DNA of 64,000 nt. It comes from Aplysia californica (lineage: Eukaryota). The stretch covers positions 240,342-304,341 of the forward strand of contig NW_004797308.1 of the NCBI RefSeq assembly GCF_000002075.1, read 5' to 3'. The translations under genes were made by a program, and so were the position numbers. A model generated the notes under the pieces. It worked only from the letters and a program-made list of their open reading frames with translations, did not search any database and was not told the origin of the DNA. This document shows, piece after piece, positions 25,601 through 35,395 of this stretch (within the stretch, counting starts at the first letter, position 1; each line of letters begins with the position of its first letter).

Positions 25601-28600
25601 GCTTTTACGGCTATCTTATATTTGTCCGTGTCTTCTCGTCTGTCAATTATGACACCAAGGATATTTCTAGCATCGCCTCTCCCTCGATCAACAAGTGGAA
25701 CTGGCTTACACACGTTGTCTCCTTGTTTGCCAGCTGACATATCTATGTTACAGTAAGAACACGTAGATCAATCTAGTTAATACGCGTAAACACTGAATAT
25801 TTCAGTGAAAACGCGTAATCCCTGTACAGTGGCGGGGGGCTATTACGTGAATTCACTGAATGCTCAGTAGTAAAAACACGTAAAATGATAGGTCTCATTT
25901 TAGGGATTTCGCTTAATCGCTAGAAATTTCAGTGATTACGTGAAACCCCTGAGTGAAACGGGGATTACGTGTATTCACTAAAATATTCAGTGATTACGCG
26001 TATTCACTAGGTACGCATTCTTACTGTAACATATACAAACTGTGTGCCACATGTACATCTAGATATTATTTTAAACCCCAGTACTACAAACAGAACATTC
26101 ATCTCTTATGGTGAACAATTTTTTTAAATCTTTGGTTTTGAATCAGATATAACCCAATGGATCAAATCTCTGCTATCCACACTCAAGTAAAAAAATATCT
26201 CTTCAGCTGAGGTAATAGCATTTCACTCTTAAATAAAATATTTTCACCTTCTTCTTCATAGCTTTTCCAGTAGTCTGACATTGCTTCTCGGACCTCTCTC
26301 AAATAAAACACTCAATTTCTTGCCATTCTAGCTGTCAATAAAAAAAACCTCTTGTCAGACTACAGTGGGACTATTGTTTTGTAGAGCTACCGGGACCATG
26401 AATTCTAAACCACTTTTACAAGTTGGTTTTCAAGCCTTACTTCTCAGGGCTATGCAGTTTTATCCATCTTAACTGAATTATCCTTCTTCTTGACATAAAC
26501 AGGAATTTCAGCTCCGAAAACCGTCCAACCATTGGTGAAGAGTACTGTTTAAAATGGAACTTCTACAATAGGATTGCGATCATCGTACGACCCAGATTTG
26601 GTGGAGATGCAGACCATCAGTACAAGCACACATTTGTACTCAGATATGAATTCAAAGGTAGTTTCAACTTGGTAGTTTCTTGCCTCAAATATTTGGTTTT
26701 AAAAAGAATCTGTCTTTTATTTCTTTTGTTTCTTTTTCTTTTTCTCTTTTTAACTCTTTATATCTCCAGCAAGCTGCTCCCAGCGGCTCGCCATCAGAAC
26801 CACTGTGCCGGTGAGCTGCTTACTTAAATTAGGCTCGGGCGCATTTTATGAAGACTTCATCGTCAAATTACTTTCCGACAATTAACAAAAACTAGTCTCT
26901 TTGTCCAGGAGATCATTCATTACATGAAGAACTATCAAAATGGGTTCACTTTTTTATTTTAATGACCCATTTAGTGACATAGTGTGTCAATTTTATATTT
27001 CGTTCCGGCATAGTGGGTTCCCCCCACGGAGATAAATAGTTAACTTTATTGAACCAATGTAGATTTTGCAGTGTTCCTCTTAAAGCAATGTACTGTTCTG
27101 AAAGTCAGAATCACATTCATCAACTGTTCTTTTTTGCTTATCGTCGCTGCAGGATTCTGAAGGGCTAACTCGGTTTCTGTAAGTTTTACGGGAAACTGAA
27201 AAAACTAAAAAGCAAGGCTATTATACACATTTTAGCTGATTAGAATCCAAAGTTTTGGATAGGTAAATCTGGCTGAAAGTTATTTATTGAATGTGTTGTG
27301 TGTGGTCAGTGAGAATTCAGAGAAAGAACGGAAAATGCATTTTCAAGAGTTAGTTGTTTGGAATCCTGCAGTGATGAAAAAGAAAAGTTGCCCAAAAAAG
27401 GAGAGCGAAAGTGTACGTATAATCATAAAAGCCCAAATTTACCCTTTCACATTTCCATTTGTTGATGTAAGATTCTACGTAGGAATAAGATTTACTTTTG
27501 CAGCATTAAAACTTGCAACCAGTACTTTTAGACCTTTTGTTCTGTTAAATTATGAAGAAGAAAATAGTGTGTGCTATTCATTTCTTGTGGATTAGGCTCA
27601 TTTGAGGACATGTTTGAAATGGATGGCTCTTTTGGAAGACTCACTACAGATAAATGTTAATCCATCAGCTCTATGTTGGTAAAGCTGACACTTCTGTGCA
27701 TTTAATTCTTTGACACATGTTTGTGTCAAATTTACAACAGCCAAAAAACTTCAGTGGCTGTCTATTGAAATGGTATTCCTATGTAATTTGAACAGTAATT
27801 GACAAGTGATTTTCTTGCAGTGACAAAGATGTTAAGTGAAACTTTGTGGTTTTATGAACATGTTTCCAGCTTTCTTTTTTTCGTAATATTTTCATGTCAA
27901 ATATTGTTAAAGTGAAGCACATATAAAAATATTAGCAAACTATGTTAAAGTTTTATGCTCACATGAGATACTAAAATAAAGCAAAGAGATTAGGTTTGTA
28001 CTGCAGTTTAAGAGATGCTACTACTTGAAAATACTATTGTCGCATAATAAATCCTTTAAGAAATTTTATTGGGTCCTTGGCAGCAAGTCACATATATGCA
28101 TGTTTGTTAACCTAGACATCCTCAACACCACAATTACTAGAGAAAGCAGCATTTGTCCAAAGATGAGGCTTATTGATGTTAACTTCTATATATAATATGT
28201 TGAATTATGGATTTTGTTCTGGACTTTTTCAATAATTGAGATTTAAATACGGACAAATTATTTCTTGAGCACAGGCAATAGATTCTACAGATTAAGAAAC
28301 TGAAATTTAAAACAATTTTCAACATTTTGAGAGTAGTACATCTGAACAACTGACCAATGATAAATAACATTATAGGCCTAGTAAATAAGTTTTGAATTGG
28401 ACCTTTTGCACAGGCACATATGTGAGGAGTAGGTAATGTCAGTGAAAACGTACAATTGTCTTTTCTACTTTGCAGCTGAAAAGAAACGTGACAAAGTGAC
28501 AACTTCATCTGGTGGCGACAATGAGGAAGAAGAAGAGGATGACGATGGTCCATCCACCCTGCTTATTGCTGTCTATGTGTTTGCACCAGTCGCATGCATT

Positions 28601-29887
28601 GTTTTTGTAAGGATGATGTGGTGTTATTGTTCTCAGAAAGCAAGAAATGTGGAATCACATTCCAGTGATTGTGAAGGTAATACAATTTAGCATTAAATTG
28701 CACTTTTTGTAATTTCATAATTTTTGTCAGTATCTTCAAAGCACAAACGGGATATTTTTAAGAAGGATAAAACGTACTTAACCAATTTGGGACTGATGTA
28801 TGATGAAGTTTGAAATTTCCTTTCTATGATTCCAGGGGAAGAAAGGAAAATGAATATGTTAACCATAATAAAGGAATGACGTATCTGTGACTAACTGTGA
28901 ATTATTCTGCGATATGTTATGATAGACATTTCTTCTATAATACAAAGTATTGCTTTTTCTTCTTAGAATCTTAGTGGCACAGTTTCTTTGTTAACTGTCA
29001 TACATAAAAAAAAAAAAAGTATTTGAGTCCACTTAACAGCAAAATATTTGAACCAAATTATGGTGGCTCTTTGACTTAAAAGATACAGTGCTTACTTCTT
29101 TTCCTTGCCTATTTGGATGTACCTATTATGAGCAGATAGTGTAGAATACTACATTTTTCTCATTTATCAATTCTCATCTCTAGTGTGTGTTGAGGATAAA
29201 GCATCTTACTGAGAGGAAATTGATAAAGACATACATATCTTTATTGACAAAAAGTATTTTGTATTTTAAAAAGTTTACATATTTCTTTGGTACCATTTAA
29301 ATGATAACCTGCCCCTTTATAATAAATTATAATTTTATTATATTTGACTAGTTTCAATTTTTAAAATTTAGTCAGGAATATTATGCTTGAACTGAATTGT
29401 ATATTAGTTGTTCTTCTTCCTGCTTCCAGACGGCTTGGCACTGAGAGATCCACCCCGATCTAATTACAATGATGAGGACACCAGGCTCTCTGCCTACGGA
29501 CGACATCAGAGTGATTCAAGTGACTCTTCCAGTGATGTTTCCATTACAGGCAGACCTCGGCCGGACACCCCACCACCTCCACAGCCATCTTCAAGAGGGA
29601 TAAGAACATCCCGTCCCGCGTCACCATCGACACGGACTGCAACAAGAAGTACAGCTAGACTTGAGCCTTCTGCACCATTAGAACCGGCCTCTTCTTCATC
29701 TCTTCCTCCATCATATGAGCAGGTGATGCATAGAAGAGGAAGTGAACTCGAGAGCCGCACACCTCCTGTCACGCCCAGTGTTGGTCCTGCTCCAGATGGT
29801 GAGGAGACTGAAAATCTCCCCCTTAATGCGGAGGAGAGTGTGCCCCCTCCTCCAGCTTATAGTTCTCTTTTCCCAGACCAGACCTGA
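10550..29887 (+). CDS. Gene A: uncharacterised single-pass type I membrane protein (signal peptide, 2 divergent CUB-like domains, acidic stalk, TM, PSAP/PPxY tail); join(10550-10640,14004-14356,17582-17726,23270-23510,26503-26657,28476-28676,29430-29887), 547 aa
   Basis: Seven exons joined by GT-AG introns of phases 1,0,1,2,1,1 give an uninterrupted 1644-nt frame from ATG 10550 to TGA 29887. The domain order is coherent, and the last five exons have homologues in gene B. Confidence 0.88.
11066..11325 (+). mobile_element. Full-length tRNA-derived SINE with 13-bp TSD
   Basis: A box tggccgagcagtt, B box ggttcgagtc, central aatgggtacctgac, (acttt)n tail; TSD tacgaaaaggaac at 11053-11065 and 11326-11338. 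Confidence 0.92.
11596..13185. mobile_element. Chapaev-like (CMC superfamily) non-autonomous DNA transposon
   Basis: CACGGCG...CGCCGTG termini, 4-bp TSD ACAT, GC-rich imperfect subterminal inverted repeats, no transposase ORF. Confidence 0.8.
14004..14356 (+). CDS. Gene A coding exon 2: first half of CUB-like domain 1 (VSVETDTTESVCQRE...RHRG)
   Basis: ttacacag acceptor and GGA|gtaagt donor, 353 nt, phase 1 to 0, Cys-rich; lies within ORF 13982-14365. Confidence 0.87.
14958..15953. mobile_element. Non-autonomous TIR DNA element (CTAG termini, 6-bp TSD ATAAGT), copy 2
   Basis: Colinear with 3385-4377; exact TSD ataagt on both sides. Confidence 0.9.
17155..17350 (-). mobile_element. Short tRNA-derived SINE family (other copies ~36370-36565 and ~49577-49780)
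   Basis: Three copies share gacacaattt...ccctgcctg(t/c)ca.ggccaa, with a reverse-strand tRNA-like B box at the right end. Confidence 0.7.
17582..17726 (+). CDS. Gene A coding exon 3 (ALTCARRKGPSKCVSIDGGSLSMVYKGGDFCGVSGFTKVYLMPDERNL)
   Basis: Long pyrimidine tract plus ctcag acceptor, T|gtaagt donor, 145 nt, phase 0 to 1. It is in a different frame from the listed ORF and matches the 145-nt gene B exon. Confidence 0.88.
18177..18882 (-). mobile_element. piggyBac-derived non-autonomous element with acidic transposase N-terminal relic
   Basis: TTAA flanks with imperfect TIRs; the minus strand reads RFSASKALEKFDEELSILSDSDVEGDE...SDSDENEDS. Confidence 0.5.
21250..21950 (-). mobile_element. Degenerate Tc1/mariner-superfamily transposase fragment
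   Basis: Minus-strand WFQQDGA motif (~21455-21475) and a SLDLNP..FF motif resembling SPDLNPLDFFLWG (~21330-21370). Confidence 0.65.
22796..23145 (+). mobile_element. Full-length tRNA-derived SINE with CORE-like centre and L2-like 3' tail
   Basis: tggcctagtggtt and ggttcgaatccc boxes; tgtgtccttgggaaaggcactt...aatgggtacc; tail tgtaaagcgc...gcgctatacaaat(tta)n. Confidence 0.92.
23270..23510 (+). CDS. Gene A coding exon 4: first half of CUB-like domain 2 (YDLSNWRRC...FCFTFVHADF...ESR)
   Basis: ttccccag acceptor, CAG|gtacct donor, 241 nt, phase 1 to 2; homologous to the 241-nt gene B exon. Confidence 0.88.
24610..26031 (-). mobile_element. Ginger2-type DNA transposon, deleted/composite copy
   Basis: TGT...ACA termini with long TIRs and TATA TSD. 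Minus-strand 25740-25340 encodes PLVDRGRGDARNILGV...YSRNNF...GFIRCNC...CSSRRCKCRKAGLRCNLHCH...CCNK, typical of the KRBA2/SCAND3-like integrase C-terminus. Confidence 0.85.
26503..26657 (+). CDS. Gene A coding exon 5 (NFSSENRPTIGEEYC...YKHTFVLRYEFK)
   Basis: aaacag acceptor, AAG|gtagtt donor, 155 nt, phase 2 to 1; absent from the ORF track; clear homology to gene B 55065-54905. Confidence 0.88.
26754..27039. mobile_element. piggyBac-like MITE (TTAA TSD), copy 1
   Basis: ttaa|ctcttta..tctcc ... ggagataaatag|ttaa; similar to 57035-57294. Confidence 0.75.
28476..28676 (+). CDS. Gene A coding exon 6: acidic stalk, TM helix (LLIAVYVFAPVACIVFV) and juxtamembrane WCYC
   Basis: tttgcag acceptor, AAG|gtaata donor, phase 1 to 1. 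Confidence 0.9.
29430..29887 (+). CDS. Gene A last coding exon: Pro/Ser-rich cytoplasmic tail with PSAP, PPSY and PPAY
   Basis: cttccag acceptor, open frame to TGA, ends VPPPPAYSSLFPDQT. Confidence 0.9.
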
Positions 29888-30004
29888 CCTTAATACAGAG
29901 AAACTGACCTGTGGGGGGAGCTGTGTCTCTGTTTTGCTACTACAAAGTTCAGTAATGATTGTTGTTGTACAGATTGTGCTCTATGCCCCCCTTGCACTGC
30001 AATA

Positions 30005-30008
<4 letters not shown>

Positions 30009-30059
<51 letters not shown>
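30009..30059. repeat. (TC)n microsatellite just downstream of the gene A stop
   Basis: Direct reading. Confidence 0.95.
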
Positions 30060-30060
<1 letters not shown>

Positions 30061-31044
30061 GGAGTGCTGACAGGTCTATAAAGCAGAGAGTAGCACTCAC
30101 CATTAGGCCACATCTTCTTCCTTCTCCTTAAGGTTAACATTTTTATCTGTGCTGTTTAATTACAAATCTCATGATATACCTGTCTTCTGTATTGTTGGGG
30201 GCCCGTACATTCTTCCTCTATTGTCAAAATTTAGAATTTGAGTTATGACAAAATATTGCTTGCACATGTGCAACCAATACCACAAAGCAAGAAACTACAA
30301 TTTCTAAAGAATTCAAATAATTGCTGGCCGATGATATCCTGCCAGCTTGTGTTTCCTTAATTAACTTGAGGTTTTCTTGACAGTTCATTCATAACACTAC
30401 ATAACAAAATATTTTCAATGTCTTATCTGAGTGTTAAGGTGACTCTCCATCATGGCTTTCCCTGGAACTGCTTAGCTGTAGAGAAAGTATGTCATTTGTC
30501 TTGAAGAAGGAGAGGGATAATTTTTAAAAATATAAGTTTAGTTTTTTCTCTGCTTTTCCAATGCTGAAAATTACCCGGTGGAACGGAGTCACCAAATATG
30601 TGCAGCAACACTATGTAGCCTGGCATGAAAGTTTTGTATATATCTGGACTATAGAGATGTTAGATTAGTCATTTAATTATGTTTGGCAGCATTTAAGTTA
30701 CATGGATTTCATTTGGTCAGTTTTCTTGAGCCTTGATGCTTTGCATGGATTCTTCCAAAGAGTAAGAGTCCAGATCCAGGTCATGTGTTTTCCTAAGCCA
30801 AAAAGAAATAATACCCGAGTTTTTTTCTGGATATTTCCAGGAAGTTTCTCATTTGGAAAGGTGATAGATATGGTTATTATTTATATATGCAAAAGTGAAA
30901 AGTTAATGGCTTTTAAAGATGTCAGTAATTTTGTAAATATTTAATGTGTCCAATGTGAAGTCATCCAGTTTATAAAGCTCAACTGTTGTGTGCAGATTTA
31001 GGTTCATTGATAGTCCAACATGCAGAGTGTTAGGGTTGCTTTGT

Positions 31045-31732
31045 GAAGTTCACGTTCGCCATTATTTAAGGTAAATGGGAGGATTTGTGCTATATTTGAA
31101 GTTTGCCATTATTCAATACAAATGTGAGGAGTTGTGCTATAATTAAAGTTTGCCAGTATTCATGATAAATGTGAGGAGTCTTGCTATAGTTCAAGTTTGC
31201 CATTATTCAAGACAAATGTGAGAATTCGTGCTAAAGTTTGCCATTAGTCAAGATGCATGTGAGGAGTCGTGCTATTGTTTACTTACTTACTTACTATCCG
31301 TTACGCCATCTGGCGTTTAGGGCAACAACGAAGGATCTTCAGCTCTGTCTGTTTTGGGTCATCTTGGTCAGCGTCCCTTGCGGCTTTCACTGCCAGCATT
31401 CATACGAGTCCCAAGGGACTCTGAAGGTCCATCACGTACAGAAATGGTTTCTCTTTATTGCTGTTTCCGTAACATATGATTTTTACCAGTCTGGGTTGTT
31501 AGCCCTGAGCTGAACCTCCGAAACCTGGAGGGCCGGTGGATCACGCTTCGTCTGATCTCTGCCCGTTGACCTGTCTGGCATGGGTGGCCCTACCAGGAGC
31601 ATTAGCTCCAGCCAGCGTAGTCCTTGGGGTCACTGAGGCACTCAAGCTCTCTAACCACAACAAGGTAGTCATCCACTAGAGAGGTGCTATTGTTTATTTT
31701 TACCATTATTCAAGATAAATGTGAGGAGTCAT
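31045..31732 (+). repeat. ~46-bp minisatellite (gtttgccattattcaagataaatgtgaggagtcgtgctata...), about 6 units, interrupted by a retroposon
   Basis: Units recur near 31053, 31101, 31148, 31195, 31236 and 31697. Confidence 0.85.
31282..31683 (-). mobile_element. Short non-autonomous RTE derivative (5' end fused to 3' end) with 13-bp TSD
   Basis: (TAAG)n tail on minus; RTE 3'-end-like sequence joined to RTE 5'UTR-like gttgttagccc...gacctgtctggcatgggtggccctaccagg; TSD gtgctattgttta at 31269-31281 and 31684-31696. Confidence 0.82.
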
Positions 31733-33069
31733 GCATATTCATTTGTCTGGTCTCAGTTATTGAGGCCCCTCCCACTGTTGACCAATAGTAATAGGTAACA
31801 AATTTTCAGCTGCTGGTGAGGTAAGCGTGTGATCCCTCATAACCCATAAGCCCCGCCTAGAACTCATACACAGATCGTAAGTGAGATGAGTGGTCACTGT
31901 TTACCCAATCTGTAACAAAGTAACAATGAACGTCAACATGAATCTGTGACAGAAACGTCGCTCATTCTCCAAGTGGTGGCGACCCATATGTTTGTTTTAC
32001 CATTGCACTTGGTCCTCTTTGTCTGACACATTTCGTTTTATTGTCACCCTTGCACTAAAGCAGCAACAAAAGGAGAGGGGGGGGGAGAAAGACACGCAAT
32101 GTAATAAATTATAATATTATGCACTATAAACGTCAGGAACAGATAGCGTAAGAGGAAACTGTTGGCGATAGTCATAGAGACGATGGACCAGCCATGTGGC
32201 TTTCCAAGCGACCACCCCCCACCGTAAATTTATGCAGAATCATTCTCTACATTCAGAGAAACATTTCTCTTGTGATTCGTTGAACAAGTACGTTATAAGT
32301 TCTTCGAGCGCAGCTGATTAGGCTTACTTGTCTAATCTTTAATCCTGTCTAGATCTAGTGTTTTACGCATCAGGCCTATATTTAACTAAACATTACAAGC
32401 AGTCACTCAAACGCCAGTCAGAAACCTTTCAAAGATACGTTTCCAGTGACTAATCAAAAAACATTTCAGTCCCCCCAACCCCCCCCCCCCAACTTTTCAC
32501 CGACCAGTCCTAGACCTATGTGTCAGTGGAAAGTTGGATGTGAAAACGCTGCCCATCACTCTTTCTTCGGCGTGAGGAGCACGCTCACCTATTTTCTAGG
32601 CATGTTTTACGCAAGCTGTGCAGGTTGTGGTGAAAATTTCCCCTTGTCAAGCTTAACCTGTTGGCGTGTTTTGCAGATCAGAGCGTGCGTTTAGAGGGAG
32701 TGACCGTGTGTTTGTACGTCTAAATTATATAGTAAAAAACCCGTCAGATGACGAAAGCGTGCGTTTGGGTGGAGTGTGCTTTTGTTTGGTGTGCGTTTAG
32801 GCGGAGACTACTGTACAACAATAACAACTACAACGCTGCTACCTTCAGTTACATGGGACTTCAGAAAGGAATGGTTTGTTTTCTTCATCTTGATCAGTCC
32901 TGCCTAAGACGGCCACCTGTCTTATTCGGCCACTTTCCTCCTTGGCAATGGGTAGCCGTCTTACACAGGTTCGACTGTATATGGATCCTAGCTTGAAAAA
33001 GGAAACAGTTATTGTGGATAAATGTTGAAACTTGCATTATTTCTACAAATATAAGTTTTTAAAATCACA

Positions 33070-33600
33070 ATTGCTTGTCACTTCTGCAGTTTTTCATTGT
33101 TCATTGTTTCTGGAAGCAACATCCCTGCACTCTGGTGACATGTCCATTGATGCTCCGTTGCTCTCTCCATAATGTCGCCAAGGGTCTTTCCACTGATTGT
33201 GCCAGTGCACATCTGGTTGAACATTCTTCTGTTCTTTCCTGCAAGGATGCCAGATTTTCCACTTCCTTTTTGTGTTCCCAAAAGCATCGTCCTCTCCACA
33301 GCAGTACCGGCCTCTGCCTCCCTATCTTCCTCCTCAATCAGCTGGCAAGAGAGACATTTCAGGATCTCGACCCTATCTGGTTGAACCGTATTGTCAACTG
33401 AGTTGGCCTCACCAGCCAGTCTGTCGGCTTTTTCATTTCCCCTTACACCTGCATGGCCAGGGCAGAAAATCCATGTGAGCAGTTATGAGTGGGTGAGCAC
33501 ATTCTACTTCAAGACTGAAGCACAATGTTCTTGTGAAATGCTGCCATTTCTGAATCAGGTTTCAGAAATTTCTGGTTCGTGTATCCGGAGACAGTAGACA
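33070..33600 (-). mobile_element. RNase H-encoding non-LTR retrotransposon 3' fragment
   Basis: Minus strand reads LTWIFCPGHAGVRGNEKADRLAGEA, the RNase HI C-terminal motif; frameshifted. Confidence 0.82.
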
Positions 33601-34130
33601 GATTCTTAAAAGGATAACATGTGTTATTACAGAGTCAAAACAGCTTAGATCTCCTTGTATTGAAATATTAAATACATTTTATGCGAAGTCTTTTACAGGA
33701 AATTTATGCATTTAATATATTTGCAATAGCTCTTATGGTTTGACAAACAATTTTCTGTCTTAAGTTAAGCAACATATGTCGTATGGCTATAATGTCACTT
33801 ACCTAGTCAAATTGAGACATCTCTCTGGCTCTGTGAAGGCTGCTGCTGAATATGTGTGAAAAGTATAATGTTGGTGCTCACTGATTTTATTTTTACTTTA
33901 TGTTCTTTCATTACTTACACTTACAACAATATGCGTTTGCATTTCCTCTCGCAAAAGAATTATATTTAAAAGTGGATGAAACCAAGGTAAAGCAACTTTT
34001 TTATGGAGATTTTCTTGTTATGTTTTAATTACATCCACTGCAATTAGATTGCTTGCAAGACATTTCCAAATTGAAAGCAATAATGTTAAGAACTCAGATT
34101 GAAAATGGAACTGATACGATATGCTTAATT

Positions 34131-34376
34131 GGTCGCTTTTAAGCAAAAGGGGGCTATCTCGAAAAATGCTGTTTTGAGGAAAATCGAAGGTAAAGTTTTT
34201 GTCCCTTGTTCAGTTTCTTTAAAAGACAAAGAGTTTTTTCTCAATAACCAAACAAATATACACACCAATGAAACCAAACTTCTCCTATAAGTAGGGTAAT
34301 GCCCACTTTTGGTGTAGGTCAAGATTTCTGGAAACCACCGAAATCTGGGTTAGCCCGCTTGTCCTTAAAAGCGACC
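34131..34376. mobile_element. MITE with 13-bp TIR and AATT TSD (Sola-like)
   Basis: aatt|ggtcgcttttaag ... cttaaaagcgacc|aatt. Confidence 0.75.
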
Positions 34377-34799
34377 AATTGTGCTTTTGCAAAACATTAA
34401 TTTCAAACTATTTATTAACTGATCAATAATTCTTTATGTATATCTGATTCCTTACTTTACTTAAAAGCCTGTCAACTGGGAGGACTCATAATCAGATTTT
34501 CGCCTGAAGAATGCATTATTTTACCTGTTTGAAATCAAAATACTCTTTGTTATCTTTATTATTTCTTCCACTGTTGTCTTTGTTTTAGAGTTGACTGAAA
34601 AGTCTTGCCTTCCAGATAATAATAATTATGCCACGAATGTAAACTTTATACCAAGTGAAAGTTTAGGATGTCTGCTATAGAATTCTACATTGATTATTTT
34701 TGTAAAAACATAGTTACCCATTCTATCAACACAGAGCACCTAGAAGCACATCAGCTTGAATTTCTGCACCGTTGTTGTATTGATTTCCCTAAATCTTCC

Positions 34800-35395
34800 C
34801 CAGTGCAATGACACTGGGGACAAATCTTGAGTTCACCATTATGACCCAGAAAACAAGAAATAATCCATGGAATTCAGACGTAGAGGCTCACCAAGTACCA
34901 AAAAGCTCAAATTTGCATTTTGTGCAAGGAAAGAGCTCTTGATCATGTTTTGGGATTCTGAAGGAATAATACTCATGGGATTCTTGGAGCAGGGTGATAC
35001 TGTCAACACTGATCGATATGCGGAGACTCTTCAAATACTTTGGGCACATCTATCCTGAATTTAGCACATTAAAAATACCGTTCTTTATCATGACAGCGCT
35101 TGTCCCCACACAAGCCTAAAGACTTAAGGTGCCAGTAGGGGACTATGATTCCACAATTTTGTCACAATTTTCTTATAGCCCAGACCTTGCCCCGTCTGTC
35201 TTTTTTTCTTTTTCTGAAACTTAAAGAACCCCAGAAGGAAAATCAATAGAATGATGCAGAAATTTAAACTCTGCTGTGTATAGACAGTCCAAAGGAAAGC
35301 CTTAGATTTTTGGCAGATGCAATGCACATGTAGTGTAGGCCGACCTGTTGCTTGTTGGCGCACCGGTGTTGACAGAGCTGGTGATTATGAGAAAA
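34800..35395 (+). mobile_element. Degenerate mariner (DD34D-type) transposase relic
   Basis: TGDKS*VHHYDPENK, FWDSEGII...LEQGDTVN..RY, HD.A.PH and YSPDLAP motifs, with stops. Confidence 0.9.

Noticed and set aside
29506-29772. Antisense and overlapping ORFs here, on the RTE (4843-6432 +), and ORFs crossing N-gaps or microsatellites
   Set aside because: Shadows of real coding sequence, or artefacts of gaps and simple repeats.
29705-29870. ITAM/ITIM signalling motifs in the gene A tail
   Set aside because: The two YxxV/L motifs are about 48 residues apart and have Pro at -2. They fit PPxY/YxxPhi, not ITAM or ITIM consensus.
31045-31280. Regularly spaced repeats resembling a CRISPR array
   Set aside because: Contiguous degenerate 46-bp tandem units with no unique spacers, in a eukaryotic context with no cas genes.
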